DNA of 64,000 nt from Trueperaceae bacterium (GTDB lineage: Bacteria > Deinococcota > Deinococci > Deinococcales > Trueperaceae), in assembly GCA_034520945.1 (NCBI GenBank), contig JAXHNB010000010.1, positions 209,942 through 273,941 on the forward strand, in the 5' to 3' direction. Positions 18,181 through 28,873 of the stretch are shown in pieces (the first letter of the stretch is position 1; each line of letters starts with the position of its first letter). The notes under the pieces were generated by a model. It worked only from the letters and a program-made list of their open reading frames with translations, ran no database searches and was not told where the DNA came from. The position numbers and the translations under genes are program-made.

Positions 18181-19839
18181 ATGAGCGACCTCCATTCGCA
18201 CCAGGACCGGAGCGAGGACGCCGCGCAGCGCGGCGCCGCCTTGCTGAACGACATCTTCGAGTCCGCGAACACGGCCACTTCGGACACGCACCGCGCGGGG
18301 CCCGATCCGCAGTGGATCAAGGTGATCGACCACCGGCGCTGCATCGGCTGCCACGCCTGCACCACGGCGTGCAAGAGCGAGAACGAGGTGCCGCTCGGCG
18401 TCAACCGCACCTACGTCAAGCACGTCGAGAAGGGCGCATTCCCCGACACGCGCCGCAGCTTCCAGGTCACGCGCTGCAACCAGTGCGAGGATCCGCCGTG
18501 CGTGGCCGCCTGCCCGGTCACCGCCATGTACCAGCGTGGTGACGGCATCGTCGATTTCGACAAGGATGCCTGCATCGGCTGCAAGGCCTGCATCGCCGCC
18601 TGTCCCTACGACGCCATCTTCATCAACCCCGAGGACGGCAGCGCGGAGAAGTGCAACATGTGCAGTCACCGGCTCGACGTCGGGCTCGAGCCCGCATGCG
18701 TGTCGGTCTGTCCCGCCGAGGCGATCCTGGTGGGCGACCTGCACGAGCCTACCGGCAAGGTCGCCCAGCATGTCGGCCGCGACGACGTCGCCGTCCGGCG
18801 ACCCGAGAAGGACACCAAACCCAAGCTGTACTACCTCGGCGTCGACCAGGCCACCCTGGATCCGCTCGCGGCCGGCACGCCGCCGGGCGGGATGCACCAG
18901 TGGAGCGAACAGCCTGCGGATCTGCCACATCAGGGCGGCGCCCGCCTGCCGGCGGGATGGAGTACGAGCAACGCCGCCGCCGCGATGCTCACCTACGACG
19001 TGTCGCACCAGCGTCCCTGGGACGAACGCGTCAGCCTCTACACCTGGACGAAGTCCATCTCGGCCGGCATGTTCCTGATGGCGCTCGTTGCCATCGCGTT
19101 CGGCTGGCTGGACGCGTCCACGCCGCTCGCCCAGTGGGTGGCGCCGCTCACGGCCGGGTTCTTCCTCGCCGTCACCGGTGCGCTGCTCATCTGGGACCTG
19201 GCGCACCCGCTGCGCTTCTTCAAGATCTTCCTGCGTCCGCAGTGGCGCTCGTGGCTTACGCGCGGGGCGTTCATCATCGGTGCCTTCGGTGCCGTCCTCG
19301 TGGCTTGGTTGGCGGCGTCTTGGCTCGGCGCCTCCGGCGTCCAACGCGCCCTTGCCTGGGTCGGTGTCCCCTTGGCCCTGGCCACCGCGGTGTACACCGC
19401 GTACCTGTTCGCACAAGCCAAGGCCCGCGACCTGTGGCAGAGTCCGCTTCTGCCGACGCACATGGCGGTTCAGGCCGTCCTCGCCGGCAGTGCGGCATTG
19501 GCACTGGCCGCCGTGCTGACGGGGGCGGGCGATCTGCTGCCGCCGATGCGCTGGATCCTCGCGGCGTCGACCGCCGCGCACGGCCTGATCATTGCCAGCG
19601 AGCTCGCGCTGCCCAGCGTGACGGCGCACGCCCGCACGGCCGAACGTCACATGACCCACGGCGCCTTCCGTCGCTACTTCCTCGGCGGCCTCGTCGGCGG
19701 CAGCGTCCTGCCGCTCCTGTTATGCCTCGCCTCCGGCGGTGGCGTCGTGCTTGCCGTCGCGTCGCTCCTTGCCCTCGGCGGCCTGTTGGCCTACGAGCAT
19801 GCCTTCGTTCAGGCCGGCCAAGCCGTGCCGCTCGCCTAG
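18181..19839 (+). CDS. 4Fe-4S dicluster electron-transfer subunit fused to an NrfD/PsrC-type membrane anchor
   Basis: CIGCHACTTAC, CNQCEDPPCVAACP, CIGCKACIAACP, KCNMC...PACVSVCP, then multi-TM region with LIWDLAHPLRF and SWLTRG. Confidence 0.9.
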   Translation: MSDLHSHQDRSEDAAQRGAALLNDIFESANTATSDTHRAGPDPQWIKVIDHRRCIGCHACTTACKSENEVPLGVNRTYVKHVEKGAFPDTRRSFQVTRCNQCEDPPCVAACPVTAMYQRGDGIVDFDKDACIGCKACIAACPYDAIFINPEDGSAEKCNMCSHRLDVGLEPACVSVCPAEAILVGDLHEPTGKVAQHVGRDDVAVRRPEKDTKPKLYYLGVDQATLDPLAAGTPPGGMHQWSEQPADLPHQGGARLPAGWSTSNAAAAMLTYDVSHQRPWDERVSLYTWTKSISAGMFLMALVAIAFGWLDASTPLAQWVAPLTAGFFLAVTGALLIWDLAHPLRFFKIFLRPQWRSWLTRGAFIIGAFGAVLVAWLAASWLGASGVQRALAWVGVPLALATAVYTAYLFAQAKARDLWQSPLLPTHMAVQAVLAGSAALALAAVLTGAGDLLPPMRWILAASTAAHGLIIASELALPSVTAHARTAERHMTHGAFRRYFLGGLVGGSVLPLLLCLASGGGVVLAVASLLALGGLLAYEHAFVQAGQAVPLA

Positions 19840-19850
19840 GAGGACCCGCG

Positions 19851-22832
19851 ATGCCCGAACGCGATTCCGACCCGCGGTCTCCCACCATCGGCCGTGCGCT
19901 CCTCGACGCCTTGCGCGGCCGCCCGCGGCACGTGATCAGCGACGCAGGCCCCACCTACGCAGGTCGCGACGGCCACCGCACCCGCTTCCCGGGGCCCAGC
20001 CAAATCGGGCTCGACAGCCATCCCCCGTCGAGCGAGTGGGACGACTGGCGCGAGGGGCGCTCGCACGACGGCAAGAGCGTGGGCCGGCGCTACGCCCTGG
20101 TGCCGACCATCTGCTTCAACTGCGAGTCCGCCTGTGGCCTGCTGGCGTACGTCGACCACGAGACGGACACGGTGCGCAAACTCGAGGGCAACCCGCTGCA
20201 CCCGGGCTCACGCGGCCGCAACTGCGCCAAGGGACCGGCCACGCACAACCAGATCACCGACCCCGACCGCATCCTCTACCCCCTCAAGCGGGATGGAGCA
20301 CGCGGCGAGGGCGCCTGGAAACGGGTGTCGTGGGACGAGGCCCTGGACGACATCGCCGCCCGCATCCGTGCCGATATCGACGCCAGCGGCGGACGTCACG
20401 TCGCGTACCACGTCGGGCGGCCTGGCGAAGACGGCTTCACCAACCGCGTCCTGCAGGCGTGGGGCATCGACGGGCACAACAGCCACACCAACCTGTGCTC
20501 CAGCGGCGCCCGCGCCGGCTACGCGTTCTGGATGGGCATCGATCGGCCCTCGCCCGACTTCGCGGAGGCGGACTTCATCCTGCTGCTCTCGTCCCACCTC
20601 GAGACCGGGCACTACTTCAACCCGCACGCGCAACGCATCGTGGAGGCGCAGGCCCGCGGGGCGCAGGTCGCGACCTTCGACCCGCGCCTCAGCAATACCG
20701 CCTCCCGCAGCGACATCTGGCTTCCCAGCTACCCCGGCAGCGAAGCGGCCGTGCTGTTGGCGGTCGCCCACCACCTGATCTCGAGCGGGCAGTGGGACCG
20801 TGCCTTCGTGCGGCGCTGGTGGAACTGGGAGGCGTACCTGCAGAATCTGCGGCCGGACCTCGAACCCACCTTCGCCTCGTTCGAGCAAGCCCTCCAAGAG
20901 CTGTACCAGGCCTACACCTTCGCCTACGCCGCGGAGGAGTCCGGCATTCCCCAGGACCGCATCGAGGCGCTCGCCGAGGGGATCGCCCGCGCCGGTTCGC
21001 GCTTCTCGAGCTACAACTGGCGCTCGGCCGGCGCCGGCAACGAGGGCGGGTGGCAGGTGTCGCGCTGCCTGATGTTGCTGCACGGCCTGACCGGTTCGAT
21101 CGGGACGCGTGGCGGGTTCTGGCCCAACACGTGGACGAAGCACGTGCCGCCCCCGCCTCGTCCCGCCCCCGGGCCAGGCTGGTGGCAGGACCTGCACATG
21201 CCCGAGGAGTACCCGCTGGCGTTCTTCGAGATGAGCTTCCTGCTGCCGCACCTGTTGGAGGACGGCCGCGGGCATCTGGACGTGTACTTCACGCGCGTCT
21301 ACAACCCGGTGTGGACCAACCCGGACGGCTTCAGTTGGATTCGCGCGCTCAGCGACGAGACGAAGATCGGCCGTCACGTCGCCTTGACCCCGACCTGGAA
21401 CGAGTCCGCCTGGTACGCCGACTACGTCCTACCCATGGGCCACGGCAGCGAGCGGCACGACGTGCAGTCGCAGGAGACCGGGCGGGCGCAGTGGATCGGC
21501 TTCCGGCAACCGGTCATGCGCGCCCACTACGAGCGGACCGGCCGTCCCTTCCGCGACACGCGCGACGTGAATCCCGGCGAGGTGTGGGAGGAGAACGAGT
21601 TCTGGATCGAGCTGTCGTGGCGCATCGACCCCGACGGCTCCCTGGGCATCCGCAGCTACTTCGAGAAGCCCGACGCCCCGGGCGAGAAGATGACCGTGGA
21701 CGACTACTACGGCCATCTGTTCGACAAGGGCGTGCCGGGCCTGCCGGACGCGGCCGAACGCGAGGGCCTCTCGCCCCTGCAGTACATGCGGCGCTACGGC
21801 GCCTTCGAAGTCACGGCCGACCCGAGCGCCCGCTACCTCGAGGAGGTGCCCGAGGCCGAGCTGCGGGAGCGCGAGGTCAGCCCCGAGGGCGTGGTGTACG
21901 CCCGGCGTGACGCGGGCGGCTACGGGCCGAAAGCGGCGCCGCTGGCGGACGGACGGCAGGCGGTCGGCGTGACGATCGAGGGTCGCACCCTGCGGGGTTG
22001 GCCCACACCGAGCGGCAAGTTGGAGTTCTACTCCCCCACCTTGGACGCCTGGGGCTGGCCCGAGTACGCCGTGCCGACCTACATGAAGAGCCACGTGCAC
22101 CCGAGCAACCTCCGGGAGGGCGAGGTGGCCCTCCTTCCGAACTTCCGCCTGCCGGTACAGATCCACACCCGCAGCGCCAACGCCAAGTGGCTGAACGAGA
22201 TCGCGCACACCAACCCGTTGTGGATCCACCCCCGCTACGCGGCCCACCTGGGCGTCCAGACCGGCGACCTGCTGCGCGTCACCACCCGCATCGGCCGCTT
22301 CGTGCTGCCCGCCTGGGTGACGGAGGCGATCCGCCCGGACATCGTGGCCTGTTCGCACCACTTCGGCCGCTGGCGCCTGGACGACGCGGCGGGCGGCAAC
22401 CGCCAGCAGTCCGCGCTGGTCGACCTGAAGCGCGACGGCGAGACCTGGACCCTCACCCGCAAGCAGGGCGCCAAGCCGTTCGCGTCGAGCGACCCCGACA
22501 CGTCACGCATCTGGTGGAGCGACGTGGGGGTCCACCAGAACATCACCTTCGAGGTGCACCCCGACCCCGTGTCGGGCATGCACTGTTGGCACCAGGCCGT
22601 CCGCGTCGAGCGCGCCCAGCCCGGCGACCGAAACGGCGACGTCCATGCCGACACCGAAGCGGCCCACGCGTCCTACCGCGAATGGTTGGCGAAGACCCGC
22701 TCGGCCCGTGCCTACAGCCCCGACCGCACCCGCCGGCCGCGCTGGCTGCCACGTCCGTTGCATCCCACAGGCGAGGCGTACGCGCTGCCGGACGACGCGC
22801 CGCCCGCCGAAGCGGTGGCGTCGCACGACTGA
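19851..22832 (+). CDS. Molybdopterin (bis-MGD) oxidoreductase catalytic subunit, DMSO reductase family
   Basis: CFNCESACG...NPLHPGSRGRNCAKG FeS motif, RILYPLKR, SHTNLCSS, DPRLSNTA, ADYVLP, TPSGKLEF, LWIHP molydop-binding domain. AGGAGG precedes ATG 19851. Confidence 0.92.
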   Translation: MPERDSDPRSPTIGRALLDALRGRPRHVISDAGPTYAGRDGHRTRFPGPSQIGLDSHPPSSEWDDWREGRSHDGKSVGRRYALVPTICFNCESACGLLAYVDHETDTVRKLEGNPLHPGSRGRNCAKGPATHNQITDPDRILYPLKRDGARGEGAWKRVSWDEALDDIAARIRADIDASGGRHVAYHVGRPGEDGFTNRVLQAWGIDGHNSHTNLCSSGARAGYAFWMGIDRPSPDFAEADFILLLSSHLETGHYFNPHAQRIVEAQARGAQVATFDPRLSNTASRSDIWLPSYPGSEAAVLLAVAHHLISSGQWDRAFVRRWWNWEAYLQNLRPDLEPTFASFEQALQELYQAYTFAYAAEESGIPQDRIEALAEGIARAGSRFSSYNWRSAGAGNEGGWQVSRCLMLLHGLTGSIGTRGGFWPNTWTKHVPPPPRPAPGPGWWQDLHMPEEYPLAFFEMSFLLPHLLEDGRGHLDVYFTRVYNPVWTNPDGFSWIRALSDETKIGRHVALTPTWNESAWYADYVLPMGHGSERHDVQSQETGRAQWIGFRQPVMRAHYERTGRPFRDTRDVNPGEVWEENEFWIELSWRIDPDGSLGIRSYFEKPDAPGEKMTVDDYYGHLFDKGVPGLPDAAEREGLSPLQYMRRYGAFEVTADPSARYLEEVPEAELREREVSPEGVVYARRDAGGYGPKAAPLADGRQAVGVTIEGRTLRGWPTPSGKLEFYSPTLDAWGWPEYAVPTYMKSHVHPSNLREGEVALLPNFRLPVQIHTRSANAKWLNEIAHTNPLWIHPRYAAHLGVQTGDLLRVTTRIGRFVLPAWVTEAIRPDIVACSHHFGRWRLDDAAGGNRQQSALVDLKRDGETWTLTRKQGAKPFASSDPDTSRIWWSDVGVHQNITFEVHPDPVSGMHCWHQAVRVERAQPGDRNGDVHADTEAAHASYREWLAKTRSARAYSPDRTRRPRWLPRPLHPTGEAYALPDDAPPAEAVASHD

Positions 22833-22837
22833 ATGGC

Positions 22838-23803
22838 GTGATCACGCACGCGCCCGACGCCCGCGAACTCGCCGGCTACGAACGCCTGCTCGCCCTCCTG
22901 TTCGCCAAGGAGCCGGACGACGAGCTTCGCGCGCTCATGGCGGGGATCCCCGAACTCGCGGCGTACGCCACGCCCGAGGCCGCCGGGCGCCATACGCACG
23001 TGCTGGTGCTGAACGCCTACCCGTTCGCGTCGGTGTACCTGGACGAGGGAGGCGCGCTGCACGGACGCCGGGCCGCCTTCACGCGCGACGTGTTGCGGGC
23101 GCTCGGCCTTCAGGTGGAGGGGCGCGAGGGCATGGCCGCCGATCACGTCTCCGTGGCGCTCGACGCGCTGGTCGCGTTGCTCGAGCGCGAGGCCGACGCC
23201 GCAGGTCCGCTCGAGGCCCGCCGCGCTCGGCACGCCCAACGCACGGTGTTGGCCGAACACCTGCTCCCGTGGGCCCCATCGTTCCTCGGCGCCGTCCAGC
23301 GCGTCGACGAAGGGGGACTCTACGGCGCCGCGGCCGGTTTGGCGCGGAAGACCCTCGTGCAGCACGCGCGTCGCCTCGATGAGGCGAGCACGGGCGAAGC
23401 GCCGGCGCCGACGCCCACCACACGCGCCGACGCGGCCACCGACGAAGCGGAGGAGCCGGGCGAGAACGGCGCCGTGGCGTGGTTGGCCTCGCCCGCCCGC
23501 TGCGGGATGTTCCTGAGCCGGCACGACCTGGCCGTGCTTGGCGCGTCCGCTGGCATTCCCACCCGCATCGGAGGCCGCCGCTTCGTCCTCGAGGCCATGG
23601 TGCGCGCCGCGCACGAAGAGGCCGAGGCAACGGCATTGACCCGTGCGCTGTCGGCGTTCGCCTCGGCGCGCCGCGCCGAACTTCAGGCCTGGATGGACGA
23701 GGCCCCCGCCTACGCAGGAGCCTGGCGGCCGTGGCTGGCGACGCTGGACGCGACGCGAATGCGGCTCGAGGAGGGCGTTCTGGACGGTGCCGGTTCGCTG
23801 TGA
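22838..23803 (+). CDS. TorD/DmsD family molybdoenzyme maturation chaperone
   Basis: PFASVYL, ADHVSVAL, EHLLPW motifs; last gene of the operon. Confidence 0.8.
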   Translation: MITHAPDARELAGYERLLALLFAKEPDDELRALMAGIPELAAYATPEAAGRHTHVLVLNAYPFASVYLDEGGALHGRRAAFTRDVLRALGLQVEGREGMAADHVSVALDALVALLEREADAAGPLEARRARHAQRTVLAEHLLPWAPSFLGAVQRVDEGGLYGAAAGLARKTLVQHARRLDEASTGEAPAPTPTTRADAATDEAEEPGENGAVAWLASPARCGMFLSRHDLAVLGASAGIPTRIGGRRFVLEAMVRAAHEEAEATALTRALSAFASARRAELQAWMDEAPAYAGAWRPWLATLDATRMRLEEGVLDGAGSL

Positions 23804-23828
23804 CGGCTCGTGGCGCCTGCGGCTCGCC

Positions 23829-26800
23829 CTACGCGTTCCGGCGCACCGTGATGGTGCTGCCGACGTCCTGCGGCTCGACCAGCACCTGCGTGGGGATGCG
23901 GCGCTTCAGCTCGGCCACGTGGGTGATCACGCCGACCATGCGGTTCTCGGCGTGCGGCAGGTGCCGCAGGATGTCGACGGCCTTCTCGAGCGCGACCTCG
24001 TCCAGGCTGCCGAAGCCCTCGTCCACGAACAGGGCCCCTAGCTCCACCCCGCCGCTGTAGCGCTGCGCGCACTCGCTGAGGCCCAACGCCAGCGCGAGCG
24101 CGGCGAGGAACCCTTCGCCGCCGCTGAGGGTCTTGGCGGGCCGGCGGCCGCCGCCGGCATGATGGTCGGCGACCTCGAGCTCCAGGCCGCGGTTGCTGCC
24201 GCGCGTCTCGTCCCGGACCAGGTGCAGGGCGTAGCGGCCGCCGGTCATGCGGTGCAGGTGGGCGTTGCCGACGGCGAGCACCTCGCCGAAGATGGACTGC
24301 AGCACGAAGGTCTCGAAGTCGATCTTGGCGCGGCCGGTGAGCCTGCCGCCGGCGAGGTTGGCGAGGTTCTGGGTCGCCTCCAGGCGTTGGCGGCTGCGTT
24401 CGTACGCCTTCTCGGCCGCCTCCAGCTTCTCCAGGGTGGCCTCGAGGGTGGTCGCCGCCTGGGTGGCACGGTGCAGCGCCGCGTCCGCTTCCTCCCAGGC
24501 GCGCTGCGCTTCGTTCTTGGCCGCCTGCAGCGCCTCCAGGTCGGGGGGCGCTTGGTCGGCCAGCTCCTGGCGCAACGTCTCCACCTGTGTGCGCGCCTTC
24601 TGGAGCTCCGCGTCGAAGGTGCGGAGGTCCTCCTGGCGCCGCTGCAACTCGCCTGGGTCCATCGCGGCGGCCGCGAGCTCGTCCTCGCCTGCGAACCCGC
24701 AGGCGTGCAGTCGCTGTCGCAGGTCGGCCTCCGCCTGCTCCAGGTGGGCGCGGGCCGTGGAGAGCACCTCGTCGCGCTCCTTCAGGGTGGCCGCCGCCGT
24801 CTCCTGCTCGGTGGCGGCCGTGGCGTGCGCCTCCTTCGCCGCCTCCAGGGCGGCATTCCGTTCGTCGAGCCGCGCACGTCGCTCCCGCAACCGGGCGTGG
24901 AACGCGTCGGGTTGGTGCAGCTCCTCGGGCAGTTGGTTCAGCACCTCGCGAATGCGCTCGTCCAGGTTCTCGATGTGCTGGCGGCGACGCGCCAACTCGG
25001 TGCGCGCCTCGGCCAGGCGCGTCTGCTGCCGCTCTCGCTCCTGCGTGATCTCGTGCAGCTCGCCGTCGATCTCGGTGAGGCGGTTCTTGGCGCCCTCGGC
25101 CTGTTCGCGGCGTGCGCGCGTGTCGTTGAGCGAGGTCTCGAGCTGGTCGCGGGAGGGGCGTTCGGCGTCGTCCCAGTCGTGCTCGGCGAGGACCGTCTCC
25201 TGCCGCTTGCGCACCTCGTCCGCTTGCGTCTGCAGCGTGGCCAGCTCGTGGCGGGTCCGTTCGTATTGCTCCAGTATGGCGCGGAGCGCGTCGGCGTCCA
25301 CCGTGTCGTGCGGGTGGGGGTGCTCGGTGCTGCCGCAGACGGGGCAGGGCGCGCCTGGTGCCAGGTCCGCGGCCGCGAGGCCGGCGGCGTGATGGCGCAC
25401 CACCTCCAGCAGTGTGGCGCCGTGCCCCTGCACCAGCTCGTCGGGGACGCGTTCGAGCTCCCGCTGGCGCCCGTCGATGTCCGCTCTGGCGCCGGTCGAG
25501 CTCGTCGAGTTCGCGCGCCGCCTTCGTGCGCACGCCCAGGCGATCTTCCTCTTTGCGGAGCCGGTCGAGGTCGTGCGCCAGCGGCGTGATGCCCGCGCGC
25601 TCTTCGTCCAGCGTCGTCCTGCGCCGGTCCAGTTCGCCGAGTGCCTGCTGCGCCTCCCGTTCGGTCGCCGCGAGCCGGGACACCGCCGCTTCCTCTTCGC
25701 CACGTTCGGTGCGCGCCTTATCGAGCCGCGCCACGCGTTCTTCGAGACCGGCCAGGTGCTGGATCTCCCGTTCCAGCGCCGGCCGCTCGGCGCTGCGGGC
25801 CTCCTCGCCGTCGAGCGCCTGCTTGGCCTTCTCGACCTGGGCCCGGGCCGTCTCCGCGGCGTCCCATGCCTCCTTCTGCCGTGCCGTCGCCCGCTCGAGC
25901 GCCTTGCGGGCATGGTCGCGTGCCTCCCGCCGGTCGGCGACCTTGGCGGCCTGTTCGGCCGACCGTAGCCGCTCGCGCTCCTTTTCCATCGCTTCGGTTC
26001 GTTGCTGCAGCTCGTCCAACTCGGTTTGCCGCGCCGTGAGCGCCTCGAAACGTTCCTGCAGTGTGCCCGCCGCCTCCAACGCGGTGGTGGCTTGGGCGAG
26101 GGTCTCCTGTCGCGCCTTGCGCGTGGCGGTTGCCTCCTCGCGCCGGGCACGCGCCGCCTCGAGCTGGGTCACCAGTTGGTCGCGGTTGTCTGCCCCCGCC
26201 TCGCCCAGCAGCTCGCGGCGCCGGTCCTGCAGGTGATCGGCTTCGTCGGAGAGGCGCTTGGCTTGATCCTTGAGCTTGCGGGTGAGGGCCGCGAAGCGGC
26301 CGGTGTCGAACACGCGGGCCAGCACCTCGCGGCGGCCCTCGTCGTCGGTGACGACCTCGCGGAACTGGCCCTGCGGCAGCACCACCGTCTGGCGGAACTG
26401 TTCGGCGGTGCAGCCCAGCAGCGCCTCGATCTGCTCGCTGACGGCCCGCGCCTTGTCGGCCAGCGTTTCGACGGGCTCGCGCCCCGCGTCCAGGCGCTCC
26501 AGCAGGGCCTCGGCGGGCGCGTCGCGCAGCCCCTCGCCGCGGAGCTTGGCGCGGCGTTGCGCGGGGCTGCGGGTGACGCGGTAGGCCTCGCCGTGCACCT
26601 GGAACTCGAACACGACCCTGCTCAGGGCACCCTCGTCCAGGGTGGAGACGAACTCGGCGCCGCTGCGCTCGACCTTCTTGGTGTCGAACAGCGCGTAGGT
26701 CATGGCGTCCAGAAGCGTGCTCTTGCCCGAGCCGGTGGGGCCGTGGATGAGGAACAAACCGGCGCTGCCGACCCGTTCGAAGTCGACCTCCTGGGGGTCC

Positions 26801-26844
26801 AGGAAGGGGCCGAACGCCTCCAGGCGAAGTCGGAGCGGCCTCAC
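23829..26844 (-). pseudogene. sbcC: SbcC (Rad50-like SMC ATPase) interrupted by an apparent 1-nt insertion near 25488 (pseudogene or sequencing error)
   Basis: N-part has GPTGSGKST Walker A and LPQGQF. C-part in the shifted frame has CPVCG zinc hook, LSGGE and FVDEGFGSLD. Frames join at CTCGACCGGCGC-C-AGAGCGGAC. Confidence 0.85.
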
Positions 26845-28187
26845 GGCGAGGTCTCCCCTTCCGCCTCGGACCGCCCGCTCACGCCTTCTCGGGGGTTCGG
26901 TTCGCTCTCATTGACCTCGTCGCCTGGCTCGTCGTCCTGCGCCAGCACCTCGTGCAGCACCTCGCGCTCCAGATCGCTGGGATCGCTGCCGAACACGTGC
27001 CGGTAGAAGCTCAGGAAGGCGTCGCCGGCGCGCATGGTGCGGGTGTTGCCTGTCAGCGGGGTCGCCTCGTCCTGCGCGATGATCGCCGGCTGCTCCAGCA
27101 GGGCGTGGGGGTGCACCTCCCGCAGGCGCCGCAGGGCGTTGTCGATCGGCTGGCGGTCGGTGACGGTGATCCACAGGTAGTCGTCGGGGTCGCCGTGCGC
27201 TTCTGCCGCGGCCGCGTCCGGCTGCGCTGCGGCTTCCTCGCCCGCCTCACGCGCCTGCTTGGCGCGGCGGGCCGCTTCGCCGTGGGCGATGACCTCGTCG
27301 AAGCTGACGTCGCTCACCATGCGGACCTTGCGCCGCACCGGTAGGGGCGCCTGGCGGATCTCGATGCCGCCCGCGTCGGCACCTGCCGAAGCGGGAACGT
27401 CGATCAGCGTCACGCTCTTGTCGCCGGGCTCGTCGAAGGCGTAGGGGTACAGGCCCCCGGCGTAGCGAAGCGGCGTCGAGCCGGTGAGGGTACGGGGCGT
27501 GTGGAGGTGCCCGAGGGCGACGTAGGCGAAGCCTTGAAAGCAGTCCGGCCGCACGCCGCCCGCGCCGCCGACCATCAGGGCGTCCTCGCCGTCGGACTCC
27601 TCTCCGCCGCCCTCCACGAAGGCGTGCGCAAGGGCGATGGCGGGCACGCCGGGGGTGCGCTGCGCCCGGGCGCGGTCCAGCAGTGCCGCCATGGCGGCGT
27701 GGTAGTCGAAGTCGCCGAGCGGCCCGGACGCGTCCTCGGTCGTGTCCGCGTCGCCATCGTCCTCGGCGTTGCGCCACGACCGCACGTGCGCCGGCTTGTG
27801 GAACGGCACGCCGAACACGTCCACGCCGGCGATGCGGACGGGCCGGTCCACCGTAGCGAGCTGATTCAGGACGTGCAGCCCGGCGGTGCGAGCCATGCGG
27901 GCGTTCATGGCCAGCCGCTCGGCGTGGTCGTGATTGCCGGGGATCACCACCAGCGGCACGCCGCGGCGCGCCACGATCCGTTCCGCCGCCCATTCCCACA
28001 GTTGCAGGGCCCGCACGGGCGGGATGGGCGCGTCGAACACGTCACCGGCCAGCAGCACGGCGTCGGGCCGTTCGGCGTCGACGACGTCGAGAAGCCGTTC
28101 CAGCGCCTCGCGTTGCTCGTCGATCAGCCAGAAGTCGTGCAACCGCTTGCCGAGGTGCCAGTCGGCGGTGTGCAGAAAGGTGGGCAC
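26841..28187 (-). CDS. sbcD: SbcD (Mre11-like) exonuclease
   Basis: LHTADWHLG, AGDVFD, IPGNHD, LAHAF, ALGHLH; AGGAGG precedes GTG. Confidence 0.93.
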   Translation of the reverse strand: MPTFLHTADWHLGKRLHDFWLIDEQREALERLLDVVDAERPDAVLLAGDVFDAPIPPVRALQLWEWAAERIVARRGVPLVVIPGNHDHAERLAMNARMARTAGLHVLNQLATVDRPVRIAGVDVFGVPFHKPAHVRSWRNAEDDGDADTTEDASGPLGDFDYHAAMAALLDRARAQRTPGVPAIALAHAFVEGGGEESDGEDALMVGGAGGVRPDCFQGFAYVALGHLHTPRTLTGSTPLRYAGGLYPYAFDEPGDKSVTLIDVPASAGADAGGIEIRQAPLPVRRKVRMVSDVSFDEVIAHGEAARRAKQAREAGEEAAAQPDAAAAEAHGDPDDYLWITVTDRQPIDNALRRLREVHPHALLEQPAIIAQDEATPLTGNTRTMRAGDAFLSFYRHVFGSDPSDLEREVLHEVLAQDDEPGDEVNESEPNPREGVSGRSEAEGETSP

Positions 28188-28411
28188 GCGGCCTCCTACG
28201 CGCGGAACGCGGGACGGGTTCGGGGCGAGGTGGCGGGAAAACCGTTCGGGTCGGCGTTCGACGTCGAGGGCGCCTCGCGTTGCATCACACTTTCAGCGTA
28301 CGGACGGTGCGCGACGGGGAGCGTCGCGCCAGCATCTCGGGCGTGGCACGCCTCTCGATAGGCCTGCTCGTAGCCACCGCGGACCATCTCGGCGTCGGCG
28401 CCGAAAGCCTC

Positions 28412-28873
28412 TCAGGGTCGACCTGCCACGCCCTGCCTGGCGTCGTCGCGGGCGATGCACCCAAGCACGTAGGCGCGGGGTGTGAGACCACGAGCGGCGG
28501 CGCGTTCGAGGATCTCTGAGGGAAGGGAAATCGTACGCTCGGCGGACCGCGTGGCCGGGATTTGCTGCTCGCCAACGACGATGTTCATTGCGAGTTCCGC
28601 GCCCACGGCATCCACGTATCTCATGACCGACGCCATGGTCGGATTGTGACCGGTGCGTTCCATGCGCGACACCGCGCTTTGGCGCAAGCCGGACGCTTCC
28701 GCGACCATCTCCTGCGTCATACCCGAAGCCTCGCGCGCCCTACGAAGTGCAGCTGGGAGGTAGAGGTGAACTTCCTCATCGAGGGCCGCTTGCCGAGCTT
28801 CCGAATCAGAACTGGCGAGCTGATCCAGCCATTCCAAGAAGGTCCCGTCCTCTGGAGGGATGTGCTGGCTCAT
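28412..28873 (-). CDS. XRE-family HTH antitoxin (HigA-like) with C-terminal extension
   Basis: LRRAREASGMTQEMVAEASGLRQSAVSRMER HTH; ATGA-coupled to the upstream toxin. Confidence 0.8.
   Translation of the reverse strand: MSQHIPPEDGTFLEWLDQLASSDSEARQAALDEEVHLYLPAALRRAREASGMTQEMVAEASGLRQSAVSRMERTGHNPTMASVMRYVDAVGAELAMNIVVGEQQIPATRSAERTISLPSEILERAAARGLTPRAYVLGCIARDDARQGVAGRP

Noticed and set aside
18651..19850. N-terminal 400 aa of the 1393-aa ORF as part of the molybdoenzyme
   Set aside because: It overlaps the FeS-NrfD gene in another frame and is Arg/Pro-rich noise. The real start is ATG 19851 after AGGAGG.
25470..25510. Programmed ribosomal frameshift in sbcC
   Set aside because: No slippery sequence or homopolymer run is present. 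An indel error or mutation is simpler.
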